Assembly (NCBI GenBank): GCA_038227875.1
Contig: JBBRPR010000005.1
Coordinates: 96,001-160,000, forward strand
Reading direction: 5' to 3'
Length of the DNA stretch: 64,000 nucleotides
Source: Planctomycetota bacterium
Lineage (GTDB): Bacteria; Planctomycetota; SZUA-567; H5-PLA8
Shown here piece by piece: positions 18,276-28,007 of this stretch. How positions within the stretch are numbered: the stretch's first letter is position 1; each line of letters starts with the position of its first letter. The notes below the pieces were generated by a model, which worked only from the letters and a program-made list of their open reading frames with translations, did no database searches and was not told the DNA's origin. A program made the position numbers and the translations under genes.

Positions 18276-20207
18276 TTAGTGATCGTGCAGACTGCCCAGC
18301 GTCCGGGCCGCCATTTCGAGAGATGGATTTAGTTTCAGTGCGCGCCGTAAACGAGCTTCGGCTTCGGCGGTTCGCCCCAGCCGGGCCAGTGCCATGCCGC
18401 TCATGCAATAACCGTCCGCCGATAGCGGATCGAGGCGCAAGACTACTTCAAATTCATTCAGCGCATCGGGATATTTTCCGGAATCGTACAATTCGGCGCC
18501 GAGATTGTAATGCGCGTCACGGAAATTCGGATCGGACGCGATGGCCACCGCATACGCCGCGCGAGCTGCATCTTTGTTCCCCAGCGTTGAAAGCAGGTTG
18601 CCGAGATTGAACTGCGCGCCGGCGTTCGTCGGATCTTCGATGACCGCTGCCTGAAATTGAGCAAGCGCTTCGCGGTTGCGGCCGAGCATCGCCAGCACGC
18701 TGCCAAGATTAAGATGCACATTTTCCGAGGTCGGTTTTAATTGCAGGCCGCGCGTCATCTCCAGCGCCGCGAGTTGCAGCTTGGACACTGTATCCACGCC
18801 GCGCGCCGGGCCCTCGCGTTTCGCTTCCTCGGCCAACGCAATGCCGTAATTGATATGCCCGCGCGCGTGCTCCGGCCGGTTGCGTGCCACGTCGCCCCAG
18901 ATCGCCGAGGCCGAGTGGTAATCGAAGTTGCGCGAGAACGTGAGCGCCGCCAGCAGCGCGGCCACACCCGCCAAAGACGCCAGTGAACAGACGCGCGTAA
19001 ACGCCGGACGACTTTCCGCGGCAAAATAGCGCGCGGAAAGTGCGTCAAACAACGACACCGCGCCAATCACATACAGCGTGAGCAATGGTGCGAGCGGCAA
19101 GTACATGCGGTATTCCACCGCGGAATCTGGAAGCGGCAGGATGCTTGAGGAAGGCGCGAGAATCGCAAAAAAGCAGAGCCCCAGGAAGCCGATCGCGGGC
19201 CGCTTGAACAGCGCGCGGATCGTGGCCACTAGCAAAAATCCCACCGCGCCCATGCCTTGCAGCGCTTCACTGAGCGAACGCACGGGAGGCCAGCCGTAAT
19301 CGAAACACAATGGATGCGGCACAAGCGACAGACGCAGGTAGTAACAGATCACGTCGCCTTGCGTCTGCAAATAACCCCAACCCGAGTACGGAAGCCGCCC
19401 GGCTTGCGCGCCCTCACTCGTTTTTCCGCCGATAAAGAAAACAATCACAATCGCCCAGGTCGCCGCGAGTCCCGCGTACAAGCCCCACGAATCGCGCAGC
19501 GCCGCCCACCCTTTCCGCACTCCCTTAAAGGGGCGTTCGTTGAAAATCCAGTCGTAGCTCCACACCATCAACGGGGCCGAGACCATCACTTCTTTGCTGC
19601 CCATGCCCAGCGCGCACGCGGCTACCGCACCAGCGAACCACGCCCTGCGTCCTGACTGCCAGCCGCGGATTGAAAAGTAAATCGTCAGCAGATAGAACAA
19701 CGCCATCGCCGACTCCGAGCGCTGGATCGTGTAGTTCACGGCGTTGGTTTGAAGCGGATGGAGCAAAAACAGCAAGGCGACCGCGAAGCCCAGCGGCTGC
19801 GCGCGCGTTTTCAAGCGATCGGGAATCACTGGCGAAAACTGCAGCGTGCGCCATACGATTCCAAACAGCGTCAGCCCACAGAGCAGATGAATCCCCAGGT
19901 TCACCGCGCGCCATCCGGCGAATGTCATTCCCGACACTGCGTAATTCAAAGCGTTGATCAGGCAAATTACCGGGCGGCCCGCGGTCGTGGTGCGCGGTGG
20001 CGCTTTGAAAACATCGGTCCACTGCGCCACATGGGCGAGATACGGATTGCCCACAATTCCGCCGTTGTCGTCGAAGATAAATTCGCCTGTGAAACAATTG
20101 GCGTACGCTGCAAGGCCCGCCAACATCAGCAGCGCCACCCACAGCCAACCGCGACGGGTCGGCGGAGGAATTTTTTGCGGATTTGTGAGTCCGTCAGCGT
20201 GAGCCAT
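18276..20207 (-). CDS. TMTC-like membrane glycosyltransferase with C-terminal TPRs
   Basis: FIFDD loop, GRP, LHPLQTNAVNYTIQRSE, SKE and EYRMYLP across many TM helices, followed by several TPR repeats (AQFNLG, AHYNLG). Confidence 0.8.
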   Translation of the reverse strand: MAHADGLTNPQKIPPPTRRGWLWVALLMLAGLAAYANCFTGEFIFDDNGGIVGNPYLAHVAQWTDVFKAPPRTTTAGRPVICLINALNYAVSGMTFAGWRAVNLGIHLLCGLTLFGIVWRTLQFSPVIPDRLKTRAQPLGFAVALLFLLHPLQTNAVNYTIQRSESAMALFYLLTIYFSIRGWQSGRRAWFAGAVAACALGMGSKEVMVSAPLMVWSYDWIFNERPFKGVRKGWAALRDSWGLYAGLAATWAIVIVFFIGGKTSEGAQAGRLPYSGWGYLQTQGDVICYYLRLSLVPHPLCFDYGWPPVRSLSEALQGMGAVGFLLVATIRALFKRPAIGFLGLCFFAILAPSSSILPLPDSAVEYRMYLPLAPLLTLYVIGAVSLFDALSARYFAAESRPAFTRVCSLASLAGVAALLAALTFSRNFDYHSASAIWGDVARNRPEHARGHINYGIALAEEAKREGPARGVDTVSKLQLAALEMTRGLQLKPTSENVHLNLGSVLAMLGRNREALAQFQAAVIEDPTNAGAQFNLGNLLSTLGNKDAARAAYAVAIASDPNFRDAHYNLGAELYDSGKYPDALNEFEVVLRLDPLSADGYCMSGMALARLGRTAEAEARLRRALKLNPSLEMAARTLGSLHDH

Positions 20208-20212
20208 TTACC

Positions 20213-21328
20213 TCACCGCTTTTTCACCGCGTACCCATATTGCGTCGGCCAGGTGGGCTCCTGCTGCAACGCGTACTGCGCCTTCACCGCCCAATACGGT
20301 TCGCGCAGCATTTCACGACCGATCAGCACCAGATCGGCATCGCCGCCCGTGACAATTTCGTTGGCGTGCTGAAATTCCGTGATCATCCCCACCGCTGCTG
20401 TCAGCATGTCCGCGCCTTCGCGGACGCGCCGCGCCAGTGGAACCTGGTAACCGCGCGCCACCGGGATGCGCGCCTTGGGCACCGCACCACCGGATGACAC
20501 GTCCATGACATCAACACCCACCTCTTTCAATTTCCTGGCGAGAGCCACTGACTGTTCGACATCCCAGCCGCCTTCGACCCAATCCGTCGCGGAGATGCGC
20601 ACGAACAGCGGCATGTCCGCCGGCATCAACGCGCGCAGCCGCGACGCGACGCGCAGTGGCAGCCGCATCCGATTATCCAGCGAGCCGCCGTACTGATCCG
20701 TGCGGCGGTTGCTCAATGGCGAGAGAAATTCGTGAAGCAGGTAGCCGTGCGCGGAATGAATTTCGATGACCTTGAAACCCGCCTTCAGCGCGCGGCCCGC
20801 GGCGGCTTCGAACGCATCCACCACGCCATCGATGCCTTTTTCGTCCAACGCTTGCGGCACCGGACCTTCGCCGAAGGCTTCGGCGCTCGGCGCAATCACC
20901 GGCCACGCGCCTTGATCGGCCTTCAGCGGCGAGCCCCCTTTCCAAGGCAGATCGCAGCTCGCCTTGCGGCCCGCGTGAGCCAACTGGATGCCGGCCACCG
21001 CACCCTGAGAATGGACAAAGCGCGCAATCCGTTCCAGCGGCGCGATGTGCCCATCGTTCCAGATTCCCATGTCGCCCGGCGAAATCCGGCCGTCGCGCGT
21101 GACCGCCGTCGCTTCGACAAAAATCAAACCCGTGCCGCCGGCCGCGCGGCTGCCAAGATGGACCAGGTGCCAGTCGTTGGCCAATCCCTCTTCCGCCGAA
21201 TACTGGCACATCGGCGACATGCCGATGCGATTGCGCAACGTTACGCCGCGGATCTTCAGCGGCGCGAGAAGATCGGTGTCCGGCATCTTACTATCGTGTT
21301 CCGTGCGGGTCTGGCAGCCTTCACTCAT
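20213..21328 (-). CDS. namA: NADH:flavin oxidoreductase, Old Yellow Enzyme (YqjM/NamA class)
   Basis: NRIGMSPMCQYSA, QLAHAGRKAS, EIHSAHGYLLHEFLSP, NRRTDQYGGS, GREMLREPYW. Confidence 0.9.
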   Translation of the reverse strand: MSEGCQTRTEHDSKMPDTDLLAPLKIRGVTLRNRIGMSPMCQYSAEEGLANDWHLVHLGSRAAGGTGLIFVEATAVTRDGRISPGDMGIWNDGHIAPLERIARFVHSQGAVAGIQLAHAGRKASCDLPWKGGSPLKADQGAWPVIAPSAEAFGEGPVPQALDEKGIDGVVDAFEAAAGRALKAGFKVIEIHSAHGYLLHEFLSPLSNRRTDQYGGSLDNRMRLPLRVASRLRALMPADMPLFVRISATDWVEGGWDVEQSVALARKLKEVGVDVMDVSSGGAVPKARIPVARGYQVPLARRVREGADMLTAAVGMITEFQHANEIVTGGDADLVLIGREMLREPYWAVKAQYALQQEPTWPTQYGYAVKKR

Positions 21329-21463
21329 GCGTTACTCCTGTGTTGTACGGCCGAGCATAGCATGCACGATGCTTCATGCGCGCAAATCTTCAAATTCCAC
21401 GTAACAATGCCGCGCCTGCGAACATCCTGATTACAAAGTCCTGCATGCTGTGTTCGCTCGTTC

Positions 21464-22600
21464 ATGGGCAGTGGAGGTCCAGTGCGCTATCTTGTTTTCG
21501 TAAGTCTTGCCGCAGCAGCCGTGCTCACGCTGCATTCCGGATTCGCCAGCGACGAAGTCTCGCCCAAGCAGCTCGAGAAGGAAATCTACGAGCTCTTTGC
21601 GAAAAAGGACTATGCCAGCGCCGCGCAGAGCTGCCGCAAGCTAGTTGAACTCGAACCCAGCAGCGCCGACGCGCAGTACAATCTCGCCTGCGCGCTGGCC
21701 CGCACCGGCGAGAAAGACGGCGCGCTCGCCGCGCTTTCCAAGTCGATCGAATTCGGTTTCAGCGACGTCGGCCACATGAACGAGGACGACGATCTCGCCT
21801 CGATCCGGACGGAAAAAACCTACGCCGAGCTGATTGAGAAAGCCCGCGAGAAGGAGAAGAACGCGCCGTTTGAAAAGGGCGCCGAGATTCCCGGCACGAA
21901 GATCGTCGAAAATCTCCCCGACGGCGGACTGCGCTACCGCGTCCGCATGAGTCCCACCGAAACGGAAAAACCCGCGCGGCTGATCGTCTGGCTGCATCCG
22001 TCCGGCGGTTCGATGAACAACGTCGTCGAAGCGCTGTCGCCGCTGTTCATCAAGCGCGGTTTCGCGCTGGTGGTGATGACCCGGAAGCAATGGGCGGGCT
22101 GGACCGGCCCCGAGCAGGAACAGCTGCTCAACAAAACGCTGCCCGACGTCGGCAAGATCAAAGGCATCACCGTCGAGAAACCGATTCTGCTGGGTTTCAG
22201 CGCCGGCGGACAGGCCGCGCTGACGATGTGGCAGAGCAATCCAGACAAATTCAGCGCCCTGATTCTCGATGCCGCGTACCCCATCGATACGGAACAGTAT
22301 GCGCAAGGCAAAGTCGCCGCGATGCAGCTGCCGAAAAACGATGCGATCAAGACCACGCCGATCTTCGCGATCTGCGGCAGCAAGGACGGCGGCACGCAAA
22401 TGTGGACGAAAGTTCGAGCCGACTGGCTGGCCACCGGCATCCCGCTCACGCTAAAAGTCGTCCCCGACGGCGTGCATCAGTGGCTCTTTGGCAAATCGCA
22501 GATCGAAGACCTCAGTACATGGCTGGAGCAGGTTGCCGCAGGCAAATTCCCTGCGGATGCGGCGAAGGAAGCCGAGCCGAGAGAGGAGAGTCTGAAGTAA
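21464..22600 (+). CDS. Secreted TPR plus alpha/beta-hydrolase (esterase-like) protein
   Basis: N-terminal hydrophobic segment, TPR (AQYNLACALA), then the nucleophile elbow GFSAGG with a likely Asp (GSKDG) and His (GVHQW) triad. Confidence 0.75.
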   Translation: MGSGGPVRYLVFVSLAAAAVLTLHSGFASDEVSPKQLEKEIYELFAKKDYASAAQSCRKLVELEPSSADAQYNLACALARTGEKDGALAALSKSIEFGFSDVGHMNEDDDLASIRTEKTYAELIEKAREKEKNAPFEKGAEIPGTKIVENLPDGGLRYRVRMSPTETEKPARLIVWLHPSGGSMNNVVEALSPLFIKRGFALVVMTRKQWAGWTGPEQEQLLNKTLPDVGKIKGITVEKPILLGFSAGGQAALTMWQSNPDKFSALILDAAYPIDTEQYAQGKVAAMQLPKNDAIKTTPIFAICGSKDGGTQMWTKVRADWLATGIPLTLKVVPDGVHQWLFGKSQIEDLSTWLEQVAAGKFPADAAKEAEPREESLK

Positions 22601-22641
22601 TCGAATCGGCGCGCCTGGAAGCGAGCCGCCGTTGCTACTCC

Positions 22642-23190
22642 CTAGAAGGTGTACATCAAGTCCGTCCTGAGCACGTACTTTCGGCCTCGCAAGACCTCCG
22701 CGCCCATGTGGCGAATTTGATGCGTGAAGAACAATGCCGTGCCCTTGCGCGGACGAATGATAAAACTTTCGAAGTGCGTGTCTCCGCCTTCAAAATCGTC
22801 GTTCAAGTAGACCATGTAGGTAATTCGACTGCGCTGCCCATTGGAACGTTGGAACGCGCCATCAAAATGCCAGTTGAATCGCTGGCCCGGATCATATCTG
22901 TAAAATCGAAGCCGTTCATTACATCCCAGCGCTTGCGCGCGATTGATGATATCCGGAACAAACGGCTTTGCCCGCTTCCAAAGTTCGTCTGATCGCGAGC
23001 GATCGTCAACAATGACACGATCATTGTTGCGGACGTCTTTGACAACTACTTGTGCCCCCATCCCGACGTTGATGGCAGCCTCTTCAAAGCCGATTTTCTC
23101 CGCGAACGCGATGTATTCATCGCATTCAGCGGCGGAAAACAGCTCGTGAACAAGAAATACATCGTCCGATTTCCATTCATAGTCAGACAT
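22642..23190 (-). CDS. 2OG-Fe(II) oxygenase (prolyl 4-hydroxylase-like)
   Basis: RFYRYDPGQRFNWHFD (HxD), YLNDDFEGGDTHF, distal His in RHMG, and KYVLRTD. Confidence 0.9.
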   Translation of the reverse strand: MSDYEWKSDDVFLVHELFSAAECDEYIAFAEKIGFEEAAINVGMGAQVVVKDVRNNDRVIVDDRSRSDELWKRAKPFVPDIINRAQALGCNERLRFYRYDPGQRFNWHFDGAFQRSNGQRSRITYMVYLNDDFEGGDTHFESFIIRPRKGTALFFTHQIRHMGAEVLRGRKYVLRTDLMYTF

Positions 23191-23218
23191 TGCTATTCAC
23201 CTATATCAGCGCGTGCGT

Positions 23219-23246
23219 TTTTGAATTTTGAATTTTGAATTTTTAA
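23219..23246. repeat. Heptamer tandem repeat (TTTTGAA)x3 plus one variant copy
   Basis: Read directly; lies just downstream of the yhaM stop codon. Confidence 0.8.
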
Positions 23247-23252
23247 TTTCGC

Positions 23253-24395
23253 TCAGCTCGGCCCTTTATAAATCCGTCCGTCGACGACGCGCGCAAAGTC
23301 GCTCCACGCGCCGTCGTTGCCGCCGGCCCGTTCGCGTTCAATGATCGTCTGAATGCCCTGTACCTTCGCGTCGAGACATTCGAGGTGGTGCAGCGCCACG
23401 GCCTCGCCGGTGCACGGCTTGATCGGGCTGCCGTACTCCAGTTCGCCATGATGGCTCAGGATCATGTGGATGATCAGATCCTTCTTGTTGCGCGGAAATT
23501 TTTCGAGCTTCATCACGGTCCGTTCCACCAGCAGCGCGCCGAGAACGATGTGGCCGCAGAGTTTTCCAGTGTCCGTGTACGTAAAGCCCGGGCCGCTGTC
23601 GATCTCTTCGATCTTGCCGATGTCATGCAGAATCACGCCGGCCATCAAGAGATCGCGATTCAGGAACGGCCGCTGCTCGGCGATCGCCTGCGCCGTCTTG
23701 CACGCCGAGAGCACGTGCTCCAGCAGTCCGCCGATCCAGGCGTGATGCACCGAGGCCGCCGCCGGTCCCTTGATGTACTTCGCGCGCACCACCGGGTCGG
23801 CGAAAATCGCGTCGAGCAGCGCCTTGTAGTCCGGATCGGTGAACGTCGCCAGCAGCGCGTCGAACTCCTTCTCCATCTCCTCGGTCGGACGCGTCGAGAT
23901 CGGCAGAAAATCCGCCGCGTTAATGCCCACGCCGTCGCACATCTGCGCCGCGAACACAATCATCTGCATCGCGTTTTTGTACGTCTCAACGCGGCCGCGC
24001 ACATTCACGTAGCCAGAAGACTTGTAGCAGGCGAAGTCAACTTCGTTGGCATCCCAATGCCGCGTGGGCATCGAGCCGGTTTTGTCGCAAAGCGTCGCTT
24101 GAATGTATTTCGAACCATTCTTGGCCACGCGCAAGGTAGATTCGCCGACGAGGTAAATACCTTCGAGCTCCTGGCCCGCGATCAGGTCCTTGATGAACAC
24201 GCGCTCCCGCGGTTCGCGCGGACGCACGGGCTGATTTCCCTGATGGCCCTGCCCCTGCTGAGGCCGCTGCGGTTGCCCCCCGCCCTGCGCATTGGGCCGC
24301 TGCGGAGCCGGACCGCGCTGCGGATTGTTGTTCGGTGGCGGCGACGGCGGTTTCGTCTGCAACTCATCCGGAAAAAGATCGCCCAGCTTTGCCAT
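23253..24395 (-). CDS. yhaM: YhaM/Cbf1-family 3'-5' exoribonuclease (OB-fold plus HD domain)
   Basis: OB fold (DKTG...GRVETYK), PAAASVHHAWIGGLLEH, LHDIGK, GHI and HMILSHHGELEYGSP. Start taken at ATG 24395. Confidence 0.9.
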   Translation of the reverse strand: MAKLGDLFPDELQTKPPSPPPNNNPQRGPAPQRPNAQGGGQPQRPQQGQGHQGNQPVRPREPRERVFIKDLIAGQELEGIYLVGESTLRVAKNGSKYIQATLCDKTGSMPTRHWDANEVDFACYKSSGYVNVRGRVETYKNAMQMIVFAAQMCDGVGINAADFLPISTRPTEEMEKEFDALLATFTDPDYKALLDAIFADPVVRAKYIKGPAAASVHHAWIGGLLEHVLSACKTAQAIAEQRPFLNRDLLMAGVILHDIGKIEEIDSGPGFTYTDTGKLCGHIVLGALLVERTVMKLEKFPRNKKDLIIHMILSHHGELEYGSPIKPCTGEAVALHHLECLDAKVQGIQTIIERERAGGNDGAWSDFARVVDGRIYKGPS

Positions 24396-24449
24396 GGAAG
24401 ACTCCGGTCGTGTAGCCAAATTTGCTCTCAAAAAGGATTGTTTGTTTTT

Positions 24450-24477
24450 AACCACATGGCCAATTGGCCATGGGGTT
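24450..24477. repeat. Loopless palindrome related to the 8830 copy
   Basis: AACCACATGGCCAATTGGCCATGGGGTT, 13 of 14 pairs complementary. Confidence 0.7.
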
Positions 24478-24479
24478 CC

Positions 24480-25103
24480 TCACACTTTGTCGACGTAAAA
24501 CAGATGCCACCAACGCGGACAGTTGCGATCTTCCTGCTTCTTGGGCAGAAAGTCGAAGTCCTTCATGCTCAGCGGCGACGGCGGCAGCGGCGCGGTCTCC
24601 TTGCCCATTTCTTCCAGCGCCGGAATCGAAAGGATCAGCCGCCCGCCGGGGACGAGCAGGTCCATAAGCTTCTGCACGGATTCCTTGAGATGCGGGCGGA
24701 TGTCCTTGATGTGGTCGAGCGTTTCAGTGCAGATCACGCCCGAACACGAGCCCTTGGGAATTCCCGGCTCGTCGACGGTGCCCTTCTGAAACGTGCAATT
24801 CTTGAGCGGGTGTTCGACGAGGAGCTGCTTGCCGACGTTGAGCCGGTTCTCATCCGGATCGATGCCGACGACTTCCGCGCGCGGCTTTTTCCAGGCGACG
24901 TTGAGCGTCAGAATGCCGTAGCTGCAGCCGATGTCCGCGATGCGCCCTTCGTGCGGCATCAGGCGCAGCATGCACTGCATGCGGTAGAGCGCCACCCAGT
25001 GAATCGGCTGAAACACGCCCTGCGCGGCCTGGAAGTCGTGCTTCCAGATGGTCGTGTTGCGATCCATGAAAATCCATGCATCTTTGATCTCTTGAAGGGA
25101 CAT
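24480..25103 (-). CDS. Class I SAM-dependent methyltransferase
   Basis: Motif I IADIGCSYG, VVGID, CTETLDHI, LVPGGRLILS. Confidence 0.85.
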   Translation of the reverse strand: MSLQEIKDAWIFMDRNTTIWKHDFQAAQGVFQPIHWVALYRMQCMLRLMPHEGRIADIGCSYGILTLNVAWKKPRAEVVGIDPDENRLNVGKQLLVEHPLKNCTFQKGTVDEPGIPKGSCSGVICTETLDHIKDIRPHLKESVQKLMDLLVPGGRLILSIPALEEMGKETAPLPPSPLSMKDFDFLPKKQEDRNCPRWWHLFYVDKV

Positions 25104-25249
25104 GGCAGCTCCGCAGTTTCGTTTTGGACGCCGAGAGTTTCGAATGGAGCGGCCCGAAAGTCGAGTGACGAAACGGAGGAAAGCGGGGCGGCGGAGCCTC
25201 GCTTGCGCGCGGACAACCGAACCGCTAGAGTGCGAACGTTATTTTCGAC

Positions 25250-25321
25250 GTGCCCATAGCACAATGGATAGTGCACCGGCCTCCGAAGCCGGTGATGTAG
25301 GTTCGACTCCTACTGGGCACA
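25250..25321 (+). tRNA. tRNA-Arg(CCG); CCA not encoded
   Basis: Acceptor GTGCCCA/TGGGCAC, D arm GCAC/GTGC, anticodon arm CCGGC-CTCCGAA-GCCGG, T arm GTAGG-TTCGACT-CCTAC. Confidence 0.96.
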
Positions 25322-25427
25322 TTTGCGAACGCGTCGGATCCACCAGGCACTGAGATTGAAAAGCCTTTAGGCTTTCTAACATTACCAGTACAGGGTGGAT
25401 TTACTCAATAAATTATAGGGCTGCCTT

Positions 25428-26123
25428 GTGCCGCAAGTCCGTCTACAAAGCTACCGCAAATGGCTCAAGAGCGTCAATACGACCCCGCAGGCTCGACGCA
25501 TCATTGCCGATGCGCTCGACTGCTACGAGCGCATCCATAAGCGCAAGGCCATACGCCCTGCGGATCTAAGGTCTATTGTAAATGCGGCGATGAGCCGTTT
25601 TCGAGCGGCATGGTTCACTGGAACAGACTTGCTTACCTCGCTATCTGCAAGACATCCCGCAGCAGCCGAAGCGATGAAGAACGCCGCTAAATCAACTAAC
25701 GGCGATGATCGATTTCACATCATTTCGTCGCTCGATGGCAGCGTCCCTCGTTCAATTTCCTTGCTTCTCGTCAAAGCTGCACTCCGCGATCGATCGGCTT
25801 CGGTTCGAGCGAAAGCAGCCGAAGCCGCTGACAGGCTCTATCTAAAAGAACTCATACCGGACCTACGGGCATGTTTAGCTGCCGAAAAAAATTCCAAGAC
25901 GAATGAGGCATTCAACTTTCATCTCGAAATGCTTGATCGGGGATACTTAGTTAAGAAAAGTGCTACGGGAACAAGAATTATGGTGAGAGTCAAACGGGGA
26001 TGGGCGGGCAGGGCAATCCCACAGTGCGACGCGGACTATCCGCGTGTTCTACTGAAGCATGTTCGAGAGCTAATTCGGCGCGACGAAAGGCTTTTTGGTA
26101 GCAGGCCCGCCAATGGAACTTAG
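25428..26123 (+). CDS. Hypothetical protein with HEAT-repeat-like segment
   Basis: 231-aa ORF containing ALRDRSASVRAKAAEAA; more AT-rich than its neighbours. Confidence 0.55.
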   Translation: MPQVRLQSYRKWLKSVNTTPQARRIIADALDCYERIHKRKAIRPADLRSIVNAAMSRFRAAWFTGTDLLTSLSARHPAAAEAMKNAAKSTNGDDRFHIISSLDGSVPRSISLLLVKAALRDRSASVRAKAAEAADRLYLKELIPDLRACLAAEKNSKTNEAFNFHLEMLDRGYLVKKSATGTRIMVRVKRGWAGRAIPQCDADYPRVLLKHVRELIRRDERLFGSRPANGT

Positions 26124-26258
26124 GACGCCATGTTTTGAATCTGTAGCAGATGCAGCGCCAGTCGACCCGGACGGCAATGTATTCGAAATTTCCGGCGAAC
26201 CCTGAGATCGGGAGTTTGGCCCTGTGCCAAAACTCCCCTGCGCCGATCGTTATCAGCA

Positions 26259-26807
26259 TCAGCCCTTCATCGTCGCCAAATACTCCGTCAAATTATCCAG
26301 CGAGCCTGTCCAGCCGCCGTGCATGCTCTTGCGGCCGCCGTCGAAAGTCTTGCGTTCCAATTCGGTGGCGTTGTAGGGCGTCCACGTGATCGTGAGCGTG
26401 GTTTTGTCGGACTGCTCGGTGAATTGGAATGTCGAGAGCATTTCGCGCGGCCAGGTGGGGCTCATCGGGTGGGTGGCGATTTCGCCTTTCTCGTTTGAAA
26501 GCGATTGGATGTAGACGATCCGCTCGGGCGGTACAATTTCACGATAAACTATTTTTCCCCACATCTCGCCGGGCCCCATTTTCATGCAATAGTGATAGGT
26601 CCCGCCGACGCGGAATTCCATTTTGGCGACGCGCAACGACGACTCCGCATCGGCCGCGGGGCCGGCGCGCTTTGGGCCCATCCAGTGCTGCATGTGAGCG
26701 GGTTCGGTGCAGACCTTCCACACCAGTTCGCGCGGCGCATTGAATGTGCGGGTGATGACAAATGCCTCCTGCTCAGGCTCCTGCGCAGAACTCTTTGCGT
26801 TAACCAC
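26259..26807 (-). CDS. SRPBCC / AHSA1-like (START-fold) protein
   Basis: ITRTFNAPRELVWKVCTEP, FRVGGTYHYCM, YREIVPPERIVY, GGWTGSLDNL. Confidence 0.9.
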   Translation of the reverse strand: MVNAKSSAQEPEQEAFVITRTFNAPRELVWKVCTEPAHMQHWMGPKRAGPAADAESSLRVAKMEFRVGGTYHYCMKMGPGEMWGKIVYREIVPPERIVYIQSLSNEKGEIATHPMSPTWPREMLSTFQFTEQSDKTTLTITWTPYNATELERKTFDGGRKSMHGGWTGSLDNLTEYLATMKG

Positions 26808-26862
26808 GATTCAGCCCCTCCCCTTTTTTCTTTGGTTTAAGCGGTCCCGATTTCAAGTCGGC

Positions 26863-27216
26863 TCAATTTTTATTTTTGCGGCCATGCGTCTTCTTCGTTC
26901 GTTGCAGTTCCTGAAGGTAATCGTCGAGGCGATCGAGGCTTTCTTCCCAGAAGCGGCGGTAGTGCTCCACCCACCCGGAGACTTCTTTCAAGCGCCGCGC
27001 CTCGAGCCGGCAGGGCCGCCATTGGGCCTCGCGCGAACGCGCGATCAATCCGGCGCGCTCCAGCACCTTGAGATGTTTTGAAATTCCCGGCTGGCTCATG
27101 GCGAAGGGTCTAGCCAATTCCGAGACGGTGGTTTCGCCCGAAGAAAGTCTGGCGAGGATGGCGCGACGGGTGGGATCAGCGAGCGCCGCGAACGTGGTGC
27201 TGAGTCGGTCGCGCAT
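26863..27216 (-). CDS. ArsR-family transcriptional regulator
   Basis: FAALADPTRRAIL...ISKHLKVLERAGLI...WEESLDRL; directly upstream of the SRPBCC gene. Confidence 0.93.
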   Translation of the reverse strand: MRDRLSTTFAALADPTRRAILARLSSGETTVSELARPFAMSQPGISKHLKVLERAGLIARSREAQWRPCRLEARRLKEVSGWVEHYRRFWEESLDRLDDYLQELQRTKKTHGRKNKN

Positions 27217-27238
27217 GGTACATTGCCCTCTGGTTAAT

Positions 27239-27252
27239 TAACTACATGGTTA
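27239..27252. promoter_or_regulatory. Putative ArsR autoregulatory operator
   Basis: Imperfect palindrome TAAC-TACATG-GTTA about 25 bp upstream of the arsR-like start. Confidence 0.45.
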
Positions 27253-27430
27253 TATACAAGATGCGGCGGCGTCCGTCCAGTCGAAACTTCACGGCAGGTT
27301 ACCTGGTTTCTTTCACTTCCCAATCCAGCCGTGCAGCGCTACCTTTCGCCTTCATTCTGTCGAATGGCACGGTCGCTGTACCAAGGCGAAAGGAATTTTT
27401 AAATCATCGCGCGTGAGCGGAATTTAACTT

Positions 27431-27934
27431 ATGAACAGGTGGCTCATCGGACTACTGTCAGCTACATTGCTAACCATTTCCACTGACCTCCGCGCGACAG
27501 AAGCCGTGGAAGAACCCAAGCCATCACAGGTCGTATTATTGGGGCGCGCCATCAGTAACCTTGAGAAAAAATGTACGCCGGCCGCTGGCAGCACGCGGAA
27601 GGAAGTGGAGAAGATTTTTGGAGCCGGCCTGCCCATTCATCGCGATGACGTACGGATAACTGTTGAGGAGCGAAAACGATTACCCACCGCCGAAAGTCGA
27701 TTCTGGAAGTATGATTTATGCGAGAATGGAGAACTTCGTGTGCGCTACGACGACGCAACGAATACCGTTGTCGAATCTGCCCATTACTACAATCCTTTCC
27801 AGATAAATGGTCCCGCAAAACTAAAGACGGACAGCGAAATTCTGGATGACCAGATCAAACGCCTGGAGCAGATTACGGTTATTCTCGAGGCGTTTATGAA
27901 ACGAATCCAGGTTGAGAACGCTAAAGGCAAATAA
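27431..27934 (+). CDS. Secreted hypothetical protein (weak SmpA/BamE-like pattern)
   Basis: Signal peptide; GSTRKEVEKIFG...WKYDL. Confidence 0.6.
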   Translation: MNRWLIGLLSATLLTISTDLRATEAVEEPKPSQVVLLGRAISNLEKKCTPAAGSTRKEVEKIFGAGLPIHRDDVRITVEERKRLPTAESRFWKYDLCENGELRVRYDDATNTVVESAHYYNPFQINGPAKLKTDSEILDDQIKRLEQITVILEAFMKRIQVENAKGK

Positions 27935-28007
27935 TGCGGTTGAGATCAAGTCGTATTTGAGCAGCAATAACATCACCCGGCTGTATGAACTCTACCGAAC
28001 TACTGCA

